Below, piece after piece: positions 48,618 through 58,528 of a stretch of DNA of 58,844 bases. Source of the DNA: Candidatus Poribacteria bacterium (GTDB lineage: Bacteria > Poribacteria > WGA-4E > UBA9662); contig JAYGDX010000255.1 of NCBI GenBank assembly GCA_046582655.1, positions 1-58,844 of the forward strand. Reading direction: 5' to 3'. A program made the translations under genes and the position numbers. Below the pieces are notes generated by a model. That model was not told the origin of the DNA. It saw only the letters and a list, made by a program, of their open reading frames with translations, and made no database searches. Each line of letters opens with the position of its first letter. Position 1 is the stretch's first letter.

Positions 48618-49235
48618 TCACATCTCCTAAAAGCTATTCTCTAGACACAAGTTGTTCGACGTAATTAGAAATTCAAAGTTTATGGAATCATCACCACTTT
48701 CTTCTTGAAAACAATTGCTGTATTTTGCTAAAATTTGAGTGTCTAGTTTCAACCCTAGCTGATTTTGGACAAAATATCCCATATTTCCCATTTGCTGTTT
48801 TTTTTGTGTTTGCGGCACTTATCCTCTGAAGATAAGCCAACTTATATTGCAGGTCGTTCCCGAGAAGAGCTTTGAATATTGTACGAGTTTAATTTTACGG
48901 CCAAATCTATAATGATGCAACCAAGTTTTAGGATTGAATTGGTGTATGGTTAATTCTCATTGGTGTTTGGTTGATTAACTGAGGTTAAGCGTTTAATTCC
49001 TTATCTTAAATTTCCACGTAACAGAAAGGGGAGAAACGTCGTTTATACTTTTTAGCAAGTGTATGTATGATAATTGCTGAATATGATTGAAACGATCTTA
49101 AATTTTGCCGGATTTGAGCGGTCGGTTTATGGAGTTTTTGATTCTAACGTTTTAAAGTGCTAAGACTAAAGTAAGTGGTGTATAGTGACTTAATGGTAAC
49201 TTGGGCTTGTATGATATAAACAGATTGGAATAGAG

Positions 49236-50498
49236 ATGCTTTTCAAAATTATTAGTCATAGAAGATTTAGGGCTCTTCAGGAAGAGCAGAGAAAACTAAA
49301 AGATCAGTGTGTTGAACAGGAAACAGAAATCAGTAGGTATCAGCAACAGGAGGGGCATCTTGACCAAGAATCACAGAAAAAGGATGAGTTATTAGAAGAA
49401 CGATCAGCTAGCCTCAAGCAAATGGGACAGGATTTTCATGCTCTCGAAGAAGAATACCGTCAGGTTCAAGAGCAAAATGAGGCCAGCATGGTGGAGAGAA
49501 TTGAACTCACGATTAGAGATCTTGGTATGAGTCGTGAGCAAATTAAAAAGCTCCGGGACGATAGAAACGAGTTAATCAACATGTATATTGATAAACTATA
49601 CTCGTTAGCTAAGCATTTCGCTAGGACAAGTAAAGGGTTACAAAAGAACCGTGGCCTTTTTTTGGTTCTTGCTGATTACCGGAATATGGAAGGCTCCAAT
49701 TTCTCTGAATTCCATTATGGTCAAGAGGAACATCTCGAACAAAATCTGTACAAGGGAATTGACCATCTACCGCATCTATTCTCGACGAAAATTAGTGAAG
49801 TCTTAGCTTATATGGGAGAGAAGACTATCATCAAGGACAAATCTGGAAAAATTACCGGTCATGAAGAACGAGACGGGTCGCTATTAATCAATTTGCAAGG
49901 AGTTGCATTTCGGTCATGCATGATGGTTGAAGGTGTCCGAACTTTTCGTGTGTATGATAAGGTTGATCAACTGAAGAAAGGCAGTTCCCGTCATAATGCC
50001 GCGATTTACGCGTCTTCGCTTGATGAAGTAATGGCGTCGATTGTTGTCAGTGAGGAGGATAGTGAGGTCACACTTTTCATTGATGGGAAATTTATTAAGC
50101 GATACGATCCACATCATGGCATTGAAATTACCGAGGAACAGGAATTAGGAACGGAAATTAAGGAAGGCAAAATAGAAGCCTTAGAAGGTGAGGCGACTGT
50201 TTGGGATGAGGAAGTCGAAGTGGTTGAAGAAGTAATCGGCGAAGAAGACGTTGAGATCATTGAGGAAGTTGATGATGAAGGCGACGGTGTTGTCGAAGAA
50301 CTTGAAGAAGATAAAGAAGGTGAGTTAGAACACGACGAGAATGATACCTTGGGATTAGAGATCATTGAGGAAGTTGATGATGAAGACGATGGTGTTGTCG
50401 AAGAACTTGAAGAAGATAAAGAAGATGAGTTAGAACACGACGAGAATGATGCCTTGGGATTAGAAGACAAAATTACTGTCGAACAACCTCAAGTCTGA
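49236..50498 (+). CDS. Diadenylate cyclase (DisA_N/DAC)-like domain protein with N-terminal coiled coil and acidic tail
   Basis: RGLFLVL, RDGSLLI (DGA-like), GSSRHNAA (RHR-like), IVVSEEDSEVTLF..G. Confidence 0.7.
   Translation: MLFKIISHRRFRALQEEQRKLKDQCVEQETEISRYQQQEGHLDQESQKKDELLEERSASLKQMGQDFHALEEEYRQVQEQNEASMVERIELTIRDLGMSREQIKKLRDDRNELINMYIDKLYSLAKHFARTSKGLQKNRGLFLVLADYRNMEGSNFSEFHYGQEEHLEQNLYKGIDHLPHLFSTKISEVLAYMGEKTIIKDKSGKITGHEERDGSLLINLQGVAFRSCMMVEGVRTFRVYDKVDQLKKGSSRHNAAIYASSLDEVMASIVVSEEDSEVTLFIDGKFIKRYDPHHGIEITEEQELGTEIKEGKIEALEGEATVWDEEVEVVEEVIGEEDVEIIEEVDDEGDGVVEELEEDKEGELEHDENDTLGLEIIEEVDDEDDGVVEELEEDKEDELEHDENDALGLEDKITVEQPQV
50253..50462 (+). repeat. 105-bp in-frame tandem duplication (2 copies)
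   Basis: 50253-50357 and 50358-50462 are nearly identical and encode EIIEEVDDE(G/D)DGVVEELEEDKE(G/D)ELEHDEND(T/A)LGL. Confidence 0.95.
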
Positions 50499-51787
50499 TT
50501 CTCTGCACAGACCTGTTCAATTTCGTCAATTGTTTTCGGTATCCTTCCGGTCAAGACTTCATTGCCTGATTCTGTAACCAATACGTTGTCCTCAATTCGC
50601 ACACCGATTCCCAGATATCTTGGATCTATGTTTTGGCTGTCAGTACTTACATAGAAGCCTGGTTCAACTGTCATAACCATCCCCGGCTCAAACTTTCGAT
50701 ATTCATCACCATCTGCTGTTTTGCCTACGTCATGTACATCTAGTCCCAGCATATGTCCCACGCTATGCATGTAAAACTTTTGGTATTTTTTATCTTCGAT
50801 CAATTTGTTTGTGTCACCTTCTAGTAACCCAAGCTTGATCATCCCTTCTGTTAGCAGTCTGATAGCCCTTTTGTTAACTTTATCGATTGTTATTCTAGGC
50901 TTAATCATATTGATTAGTGCTATCTGTGTTTCAAGGACAATCTGGTAAATTTCACGTTGAGCATCGGTGAATTTACCATTAGCTGGAAATGTACGTGTAA
51001 CATCACCATTATAATATTTATATTCACAACCAGAATCAATTAGCACAAGATCGTTCTCTTCAATCTGCCGGTTATTATCAATATAGTGTAGAATTGTCGC
51101 GTTTTGGCCGCTAGCTAGAATTGTTCTGTAACCTGGATAGCTCTTTTCTGTCTTATGGTAAATTGATTCTATTAATGCTGCGATTTCATATTCATACATC
51201 CCAGGACGTGTCATTCGCATTGCTGCTAGGTGAGCATCAGCTGTAATTTCAGTTGCGCGACGAACCCGGCGAATTTCTTCCTCAATTTTGATAACCCGCA
51301 TTTCTGCAAAAAACTCAGATGGATCAATGATAGTGTTAGGTCCAATTCCTTTGGCTGAACGAGTTTGACGATTTTGTTTAATAAAACCGATGATCTTCTG
51401 GTCAAAAGGCCCATTACCAAGAGTGTAATATATCCGATCTGTCTTATTGATATAATCTGGTATTTTTTTGTCGAATTCTGAGATTGGAAATGCTACATCA
51501 GCTCCAAAGTTTTCGATGACGCCATCAACACCAACTCGCTTACCATCCCAAATTTCACGATCGCGATCTCTAGGTTGAACAAACATGATGAATTGATGTT
51601 TTGGGTGACTCGGGGCAATTACACAAATTGAGTTTGGTTCTTCAAAGCCGGTTAGGTAATAGAAATTACTGTTTTGACGGTAGGTATACTCCATGTTGTG
51701 TGTGCGAATGGTTGGGATTGCAGCTGGAATGATGGCGACACCACCATTGAGCCGTTTCGCAAATCGATCTCGATTTTGTTTGTGCAT
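50489..51787 (-). CDS. pepP: Xaa-Pro aminopeptidase
   Basis: YRQNSNFYYLTGF.EP, LHY, DSGCE..YNGDVTRT, HSVGHMLGLDVHD, TVEPG, GVRIED. AAGGA precedes ATG 51787. Confidence 0.95.
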   Translation of the reverse strand: MHKQNRDRFAKRLNGGVAIIPAAIPTIRTHNMEYTYRQNSNFYYLTGFEEPNSICVIAPSHPKHQFIMFVQPRDRDREIWDGKRVGVDGVIENFGADVAFPISEFDKKIPDYINKTDRIYYTLGNGPFDQKIIGFIKQNRQTRSAKGIGPNTIIDPSEFFAEMRVIKIEEEIRRVRRATEITADAHLAAMRMTRPGMYEYEIAALIESIYHKTEKSYPGYRTILASGQNATILHYIDNNRQIEENDLVLIDSGCEYKYYNGDVTRTFPANGKFTDAQREIYQIVLETQIALINMIKPRITIDKVNKRAIRLLTEGMIKLGLLEGDTNKLIEDKKYQKFYMHSVGHMLGLDVHDVGKTADGDEYRKFEPGMVMTVEPGFYVSTDSQNIDPRYLGIGVRIEDNVLVTESGNEVLTGRIPKTIDEIEQVCAENQT

Positions 51788-52385
51788 AAAATTTCTTCCT
51801 TTTGATACTTGCATCTTAGCAAAATTAAGGTGTTGTCGTCAATATACTTGTTGATTTATCTAACGCTCAGATAATTAATAAATTGCAGAAATGCCGTGTG
51901 CATGATAAAATTCTCTTCATACGAACAGCTTAAAGTAAACGATGTAATATTACAGATTGACGTAGTGGGAATGAAAGAAATTAATAATACAGATGTGGGT
52001 GTTTATCGTAATAGTGTAATTTGGTAATCTATATCTTTTATCGATTTTCTATGTAATCCATTCACTAGACGTCATGATGCATTAGCTAGATGAGCTAGAA
52101 GTGGTGCGTGTGTTCGCCACTAAGATTCTAATAGATGTAACTGAAGTGGTTTGTTGGCTATGAAGTTGCTGTCACGAATGGACAATTTGTTGTTGATGTT
52201 GTGTATGGATAGTTAAGTAGCCACGGCATCTCTCCAAGGTTAGGTTGGGCAATAAATTGTACCACGTTCAAGGTGGTTGTTTTATGTTACGGCCGTCTAT
52301 GCAAAGCACATGGAAAGATCAGGTTTTTTATTGAAGAATCCAATCGTTTGTTCTATTCACACGCCCTATGTTGGCAGAGGCATCT

Positions 52386-52724
52386 ATGTTTTATCATCCA
52401 ACTAAATGTCCGCGATGCAACCACAGCAATGTATTTGGTAGAATCAGGTGTGGGAAGTGTATGAAAGCTCTTTGTACTGAAGATCTTAAGCCTCTGAGAG
52501 CTAGTGATATTCTTACAAGTTCCCGTTCTCACCAAAGATACAGAGCAGAAAATGAACCACATCGGATACCTAAGATCACGTATATAAAAACGAATCCGCT
52601 TTCTCAGATGGGAGCCTTCGGATTGGATATTATTATTACCATAATTACAGAAACGCAACGCATAATTAAGGATCTTGCCTATGTTATTTGTGTAATATTC
52701 AAATCTCCACCAGATGAAAGGTGA
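52386..52724 (+). CDS. Small zinc-ribbon-like hypothetical protein
   Basis: CPRC and CGKC pairs; GAGG before ATG 52386; ends 12 bp before the prenyl synthase. Confidence 0.5.
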   Translation: MFYHPTKCPRCNHSNVFGRIRCGKCMKALCTEDLKPLRASDILTSSRSHQRYRAENEPHRIPKITYIKTNPLSQMGAFGLDIIITIITETQRIIKDLAYVICVIFKSPPDER

Positions 52725-52736
52725 AATTTAGTTTGA

Positions 52737-53774
52737 ATGGCTGGAAGTGTGTTTGAATACCTCAATGAGACAAAAAAGCAAATAGATTCCCATATCCGTA
52801 ATTTTCTGCCGACGGTTCATAAGAACCCTGAAATTAAATTCTTCTATCAACTCATGCGGGATTATCCGATGCGATCAGGTAAACGGTTGCGACCCGCCTT
52901 TTGCTTTCTCGCTTGTGAGATGTTTGGTGGTAAGATTCAGGATGCAATCCACACCGCGACCGCGCTGGAACTTTTGCAGAGTTGGCTTCTGATACATGAT
53001 GACATCGAAGACGAATCTATATTACGGCGTGGTGAACCGTGCCTTCACCATCAACATGGCATCCCTATGGCAGTCAATGTGGGTGATGCTCTCCATTGTA
53101 AAATGTGGGAAATGCTGAACCAAAACGTCAGTCTACTCGGTTATGAACTGAGCTTTAAAATTCTATCTGAGTTCATTCAGTTGAGTAATCGTGTTGTTGA
53201 AGGACAACACATTGAGTTGAGTTGGATGCAGGAAAAACGGTGGGATGTTTCTGATGAAGACTACTGGATGATGTGTGTTCAGAAAACAGCTTGGTATACT
53301 TGTATAACACCTTGTCGTCTAGGGGCATTGATCAGCGGCAGTGTACAGCCTGATCAATTGGAGCAATTCATACATATAGGAACGGATCTTGGTGTTGCCT
53401 TTCAGATCCAAGATGATGTTTTAAATTTAATTGGTGAAGAAGGGGTCTACGGAAAGGAAATTGCAGGTGACATTAGTGAAGGTAAGCGCACGCTGATGTT
53501 AATTCACCTTTTTCGTTCCTGTACCGAGAGTGAGTCCGCAATTCTAACAAGCATTATGGATAAGCAGCGACAAGAAAAAACAGAAGTAGAAGTTTTCGAT
53601 GTGTTGAATTTGATGAAAAAATATAATTCAATCCAGTACGCGGAACAGAAATCAAAGCAATTTGCGAAGCAGGCGAGCGATAAATTCGACCAAGTGTCGG
53701 GCATCTTGCCGGGGGAAGAAGCAAAGCAGATTTTTAAAAGTTTAATTGATTTTGTTATTGAAAGGCAATATTAG
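52737..53774 (+). CDS. Polyprenyl diphosphate synthase (short-chain, IdsA/GGPP synthase type)
   Basis: GKRLRP, HDDIED..LRRG.P, GQ, KT, FQIQDD, GDISEGKRT. Confidence 0.92.
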   Translation: MAGSVFEYLNETKKQIDSHIRNFLPTVHKNPEIKFFYQLMRDYPMRSGKRLRPAFCFLACEMFGGKIQDAIHTATALELLQSWLLIHDDIEDESILRRGEPCLHHQHGIPMAVNVGDALHCKMWEMLNQNVSLLGYELSFKILSEFIQLSNRVVEGQHIELSWMQEKRWDVSDEDYWMMCVQKTAWYTCITPCRLGALISGSVQPDQLEQFIHIGTDLGVAFQIQDDVLNLIGEEGVYGKEIAGDISEGKRTLMLIHLFRSCTESESAILTSIMDKQRQEKTEVEVFDVLNLMKKYNSIQYAEQKSKQFAKQASDKFDQVSGILPGEEAKQIFKSLIDFVIERQY

Positions 53775-53813
53775 ATTTGTATTTAGTATTGGATGATTTT
53801 ACGGAGGAATGAT

Positions 53814-54875
53814 ATGCCGGTTACTATTTCCGGTGGTAAATTAAGAAGAATCACACGACTGGCGGGGGAAAATGGTCGATTCAGGATGATGGCCGTTGAT
53901 CAGCGTGGTTCGATGCAGAAGGCTATTGCGAGTGCGACTGGTAAGGAAGCCACTTATGAACAAGTGGCTGAAATGAAAACGCTAATTACACGTACACTTT
54001 CATCAAATTCAACGGCAGTTTTAACAGACCCGATTTTTGGTTATCCGTATTCGATTATGGATATCCCACGTGATGTAGGATTACTGCTTGCGTTTGAAGA
54101 ATCAGGCTATGTCGATGATGGTGTTGGAGAAAACGAGAGAGCTTCGGTTCAAATCGTAAATTGGGACATTGAAAAGGCTATACGGTCAGGTATAGATGCC
54201 ATTAAGCTATTGATTTATTATCATCCTGATGCATCTCTTAACGCATGTAATCATCAACAGAACTTCACAAAATATGTTGGTGAACAGTGCGAGAAGTTCG
54301 ATCTTCCATTTTTGCTTGAGTTTGTCTGTTATTCGCTGGATGGTGAATCAACGAACTCTCTTGAGTTTGCCAAACAGAAGCCGGATCTCGTCATCCGTAG
54401 TGTGGAAGAGTTTACGAAGCCAGAATACAAAGTCGATATTCTCAAAGTGGAGTTCCCAGCCAATCTGAAGTTCACAGAAGAATATAAAGACTGGGATTTC
54501 TATGCGGGAGAATCTGCTTACACCCTAAGTGAAGTTGAAGAATTCTGTCAGGATCTTGACGCAAAATCAACCTTGCCATGGGTGATACTTAGTGCGGGTG
54601 TGGATATTGAAGAATTTATAGAAAACGTCAAGATCTCATCTGCCAATGGGGCAAGTGGGTTCTTGTGTGGCCGGGCGATATGGAAAGATGCGGTTCCGCT
54701 ATATCCTGATAAAGACGCGGTTACTAAGTTCCTGTTGGGAGAAGCCACTGTTAACTTCGAAAATTCAAACGCTGCGGTATCTAATGCAACCCCATGGTTT
54801 AATCACAAAAGGTTTGGCGGTCTGAAAAATATCGAGCTCGACAAAAAGGGTGAAAATTGGTACGAGATCTATTAG
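53814..54875 (+). CDS. lacD: Tagatose-1,6-bisphosphate aldolase (LacD)-family class I aldolase
   Basis: AVDQRGS, KLLIYY, FLLE, DILKVEFP, LSAGV, GASGFLCGRAIW; GGAGGA before ATG 53814. Substrate not certain. Confidence 0.8.
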   Translation: MPVTISGGKLRRITRLAGENGRFRMMAVDQRGSMQKAIASATGKEATYEQVAEMKTLITRTLSSNSTAVLTDPIFGYPYSIMDIPRDVGLLLAFEESGYVDDGVGENERASVQIVNWDIEKAIRSGIDAIKLLIYYHPDASLNACNHQQNFTKYVGEQCEKFDLPFLLEFVCYSLDGESTNSLEFAKQKPDLVIRSVEEFTKPEYKVDILKVEFPANLKFTEEYKDWDFYAGESAYTLSEVEEFCQDLDAKSTLPWVILSAGVDIEEFIENVKISSANGASGFLCGRAIWKDAVPLYPDKDAVTKFLLGEATVNFENSNAAVSNATPWFNHKRFGGLKNIELDKKGENWYEIY

Positions 54876-54914
54876 GAAGCTGATTAAACTTATAGTCCGA
54901 TTAGGTAACCGTTT

Positions 54915-55202
54915 CTAGAGTCCAAAAAAGCCTTGTAATCTGGTGAAAATCCCCTTCACTCCCCTTAATTTATTTCCTTGGTTATCAACCATATATTGAA
55001 ATTTTTCAAGTTCTGCTTTAATATTACTGAGCTCATGGGACATTTTTGCCGTTAAGTATTGCCGATCCTCCTCCAGCGAGAGAACTCGTTTTTCCAGGTT
55101 TTTGAGCCGTGCTCGATGCATTAAGTTGGTTGCACGAGTTGATATGTACCGGTTTTCTTGATCTAAAAAGCGTGACTTTTGGAAATCACGATTCCTCGCC
55201 AT
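54915..55202 (-). CDS. Hypothetical coiled-coil protein
   Basis: Heptad pattern LKNLEKRVLSLEEDRQYL; overlaps the end of the upstream gene. Confidence 0.55.
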   Translation of the reverse strand: MARNRDFQKSRFLDQENRYISTRATNLMHRARLKNLEKRVLSLEEDRQYLTAKMSHELSNIKAELEKFQYMVDNQGNKLRGVKGIFTRLQGFFGL

Positions 55203-55944
55203 AGTAGTCCCTGCTTTGGCAGACTTTAACGAAATGAGCAAATAAGTTTTGGGCAGATGTGTGTTGTTTCCACATCAATTCAGAATGAAACTGTACACCA
55301 ATGGCAAATCGGTGTTCCAAGCTTTCGATGGCTTCAATTACGCCGTCCTTGGCTCGGGCTGCGACAACAAAGTTGTGACCGACCTCGCTAACTGCTTGGT
55401 GGTGAAAGGAATTAACGCGGTCGGTTGTTGTTCCAAAGATATTGTGAAGGATAGTATTCGGTTGGATTTCGATTGTGTGAGATGCGTGCCAGCCCGCGCC
55501 TTTTTGTGAATGACAAACTTTTGAATCGGTCATTTCAGAAGCAATATCCTGACATATGTTGCCTCCGCTAGCAACTGCTAACATTTGAATTCCTCGGCAG
55601 ATCCCCAGAATCGGGATATCCTGGCTTAGTGCTTTTCCAAGAAGGCTGAGTTCCATTCTGTCTCGCACAATATCCACGTTACCGATTTGAGGATGTGGTT
55701 CTTCACCAAACACGAGTGGATCTATGTCACCTCCACCGGATAGTAAAATACCATCGATAGAAGAAAGGTAGTCGTCAGCTAACTTGAGACTTTCAGTATG
55801 AGGGAGAAACATTGGTATACCACCAGAGTGCTCAATTGCTTGCGCGTAGTCGCATGAAATGATGTTATACTGCGAGAAATATGGGGAGTCCTCACCAATT
55901 TTACTGGCGGTTAGACTACAGGTTATGCCAATTACAGGACGCAT
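55186..55944 (-). CDS. Peptidase C26 / gamma-glutamyl-gamma-aminobutyrate hydrolase family
   Basis: RPVIGIT, LSGGGDIDP, GICRG, VNSFHHQAV, GVQFHSE. Confidence 0.93.
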   Translation of the reverse strand: MRPVIGITCSLTASKIGEDSPYFSQYNIISCDYAQAIEHSGGIPMFLPHTESLKLADDYLSSIDGILLSGGGDIDPLVFGEEPHPQIGNVDIVRDRMELSLLGKALSQDIPILGICRGIQMLAVASGGNICQDIASEMTDSKVCHSQKGAGWHASHTIEIQPNTILHNIFGTTTDRVNSFHHQAVSEVGHNFVVAARAKDGVIEAIESLEHRFAIGVQFHSELMWKQHTSAQNLFAHFVKVCQSRDYYGEES

Positions 55945-55986
55945 TCCGATTTTTTGTTTAAATGAGGTTATCAGTGGAGATCAAGT

Positions 55987-56703
55987 ATGATAATTTTACC
56001 TGCGATTGATCTACGTCATGGAAAATGTGTGAATTTGATTCAGGGGCACGCGGATGAAGAGACCATTTTTTCTGACTATCCAGTTGATGTTGCCAAACAA
56101 TGGGAACAGCAGGGCGCAGAATATCTTCATCTAGTTGATCTTGATGGTGCATTTCAAGAATCATCTCAAAATCTTAAAATCGTCAAGGAAATTATTGATT
56201 CAATTTCAATACCGACTCAGTTAGGCGGAGGTATCCGGGACATTCATCAACTCAATCAGGTTTTTGAAGTTGGTGTATCACGTGCGATTATTGGAACAGC
56301 CGCGCTAAAAAATCCGGATTTCCTCAGTTTTTCCGGCCAAGAGTATGGCGACCAAATTGCCGTTGGTGTCGATGCCGAGGATGGTATGGTTGCGACGGAA
56401 GGCTGGCTTGATGTTTCTGAGAAGCCAGCACTTGACTTTGCCGTAGAAATAGAAAAATCTGGAATTAAAACAATAGTTTACACTGATATTAAGAGTGATG
56501 GAATGCTAAAAGGCCCAAACCTTGAAGCGACCCGCACAATTATCAATGCTGTTGAGATTGATGTTATTGCCTCTGGTGGTATTACATTTCCAGACAACAT
56601 CACAGCACTTCGGGATATCGGTGCCTCTGGAGCTATTATCGGTCGGGCACTGTATACTGGGGCTTTAAGCCTCTCCTATGTTATCAGTGCAGCGATACCT
56701 TGA
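55987..56703 (+). CDS. hisA: ProFAR isomerase
   Basis: PAIDL..GKCV, LHLVDLDGA, GGGIR, YTDI..DGML.GPN, IASGG, IIGRALY. Confidence 0.97.
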   Translation: MIILPAIDLRHGKCVNLIQGHADEETIFSDYPVDVAKQWEQQGAEYLHLVDLDGAFQESSQNLKIVKEIIDSISIPTQLGGGIRDIHQLNQVFEVGVSRAIIGTAALKNPDFLSFSGQEYGDQIAVGVDAEDGMVATEGWLDVSEKPALDFAVEIEKSGIKTIVYTDIKSDGMLKGPNLEATRTIINAVEIDVIASGGITFPDNITALRDIGASGAIIGRALYTGALSLSYVISAAIP

Positions 56704-56711
56704 AATTCTAT

Positions 56712-57164
56712 TTATTCATCAGGCCGGATCCAACTCACAATGTCTTCCCCATCGCTGGATCCTCCTTCAATCCCATCTGAACCAAGAGATATCAGATCAT
56801 ACCCAACACGGTTATGCACACCTGGACGAATGTAGATATAATCCCTGCCCCATGGATCTTTGATAATTGGTATTTCGAGGTATGGTCCGTTCCAGTTGAC
56901 TGGCATAGGCGCAATTTCCGGCTTCTCCCAAAGTGCGGTTATGCCTTGATCTGTTGATGGATAGTCACCATTATCTTTAGCATAGGTATCGAGTGCAATC
57001 CCGATTTCCTCAATTTGTTCGGCTGCTTCGGCATTAGACGCTTTTCTAGACTGACTTAACAAGCGGGAGGAAGCAAAAATTACACCAACAATGCTAGCAA
57101 TGACTATAATAACAAGTAAAACTTGTGTTGATGTAAACCCTGAATTATTCTTTTTCTTAGGCAA
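56712..57164 (-). CDS. gspG: Type II secretion major pseudopilin-like protein
   Basis: ALDTYAKDNGDYPSTDQG..AL..P...NWNGPYL...DPWGRDY.Y..PG...YDLISLGSDG..GG..D. Confidence 0.88.
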   Translation of the reverse strand: MPKKKNNSGFTSTQVLLVIIVIASIVGVIFASSRLLSQSRKASNAEAAEQIEEIGIALDTYAKDNGDYPSTDQGITALWEKPEIAPMPVNWNGPYLEIPIIKDPWGRDYIYIRPGVHNRVGYDLISLGSDGIEGGSSDGEDIVSWIRPDE

Positions 57165-57230
57165 CCTTCCACTCCAGTGGATTCATAATCAAGTTTGAAT
57201 TGTAGCATAATCCTTGAATTGCTGCAACAC

Positions 57231-58502
57231 CTAACTCGGTAGGTATTCTTTCGGTGCAAGTTCATGTACTTGTGAAATTATTAGTTCTTCAACTTCCGGT
57301 CTAAAGTGGGTTGGACGATCGAAGTAAATCATGGCATCTTTTCCTTCATAGCCACCTTCGTTGAGTATGCGAACGGATGGAATATAGCACGGCAAATCAT
57401 TAGAATACGCATTGATCCAGAGTCGATTATGGTCTAGTTCGTCTTTCAATCGATGTGAGAAATCAACTACAACTTCACCTGCAAGAAAAACGATTAATAA
57501 CTTGTCACTGAATGCCCAAGTTTGTATGGGGTAGGAAATTTTTGTTTGGAGTTTTTTGCCGCCATCCATTTTTTCAAGTTGAACTTTTGCGTGATACCCG
57601 AATGCCCCATTTTGTTCGGCACGTTTTTCCCATTCTCCACGACTTGGGATAGTATCAAACGGAAGAGGAACACGCTTGGTAGCCCCACTTAATTTCCCTG
57701 TAATCGGTTCCATACCAGATTCAACTGAACGATTAATCTCATCAGCTAAGGTGTGACCGTGTTGACGAGCATGTTCAAACTCACCTCTTGGATGCGGATT
57801 GATATCAGCCGCGCATCCAAGAGATATGAGTGCCATAACGTTTGGGTAATCAGCCTCTATTTTTTCCATTGCATATCCAGCCCAATCGCCGTTGATACAA
57901 TTGAGGCCCAGCGTTGTGGTGTGACATGCATAACTTGCCCAAATTGCAATTGGATTTCCATTTTTATTAAGTGCGAACAGAACTGGCAGGGAATGGTCTA
58001 CAGGCCCACCTTCAGTACGGCGATTCTTGCCAAAAGCAACGTTTCCAATTGTCCACGCCAAGCGAACTGGAATACGACAGTCAATGGCGGATATCGCAAC
58101 ACGTTCAAGTTGGTTAACCAATTCGACTGTATACTGATCAATCCTTTGTTGGTGATCTGAGGGGATTGGTTGACCGAATAAGGTTGCCAACATCCCACTG
58201 AGACATGGAGCTGAATGCGTATGGGTTGAGCATATGACAAAACGTTCCCGTGAAACTCTAGCTACTTTGCTCAAACGATTAGCAACTTCTTTGGTTAAGT
58301 GGTCGGGTATCCCAACGTTCTCTACCAAAATCATTACGAATGGATCGTCATCTTGATGGCTAATAGCTAGAGATTTGGCGTAGATTCTTTGGGCGATTTC
58401 ACTTGTTTCTTCGCGTCTGGATCCGTAACCACTGAGTCGAATTGGATAGTCCGGTGTAATATCTGTTTTGGCAACACCCACTTGATACTGCAAATCTTCC
58501 AT
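57231..58502 (-). CDS. Neutral/alkaline ceramidase-like amidohydrolase
   Basis: VGVAKTDITP, LSGYGSR, STHTHSAP, NRR, YACH, GCAAD, GE, CYIPS..EGGYE. Confidence 0.8.
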   Translation of the reverse strand: MEDLQYQVGVAKTDITPDYPIRLSGYGSRREETSEIAQRIYAKSLAISHQDDDPFVMILVENVGIPDHLTKEVANRLSKVARVSRERFVICSTHTHSAPCLSGMLATLFGQPIPSDHQQRIDQYTVELVNQLERVAISAIDCRIPVRLAWTIGNVAFGKNRRTEGGPVDHSLPVLFALNKNGNPIAIWASYACHTTTLGLNCINGDWAGYAMEKIEADYPNVMALISLGCAADINPHPRGEFEHARQHGHTLADEINRSVESGMEPITGKLSGATKRVPLPFDTIPSRGEWEKRAEQNGAFGYHAKVQLEKMDGGKKLQTKISYPIQTWAFSDKLLIVFLAGEVVVDFSHRLKDELDHNRLWINAYSNDLPCYIPSVRILNEGGYEGKDAMIYFDRPTHFRPEVEELIISQVHELAPKEYLPS

Positions 58503-58528
58503 AATTTTTCCTGATTACTGATGCCAAC

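Noticed and set aside
48627..49230. 63-aa ORF and AT-rich gap upstream of the TolC fusion
   Set aside because: No motif or clear RBS; compatible with divergent promoters or a gene remnant.
50114..50470. Ser-rich 118-aa minus-strand ORF
   Set aside because: Antisense shadow of the Glu/Asp-rich tail (GAA/GAT codons read as Ser-rich on the other strand).
51845..52370. Long intergenic region as riboswitch or ncRNA
   Set aside because: I found no recognisable riboswitch, tRNA, tmRNA, SRP or 6S pattern and no convincing long stem; an Infernal search would be needed.
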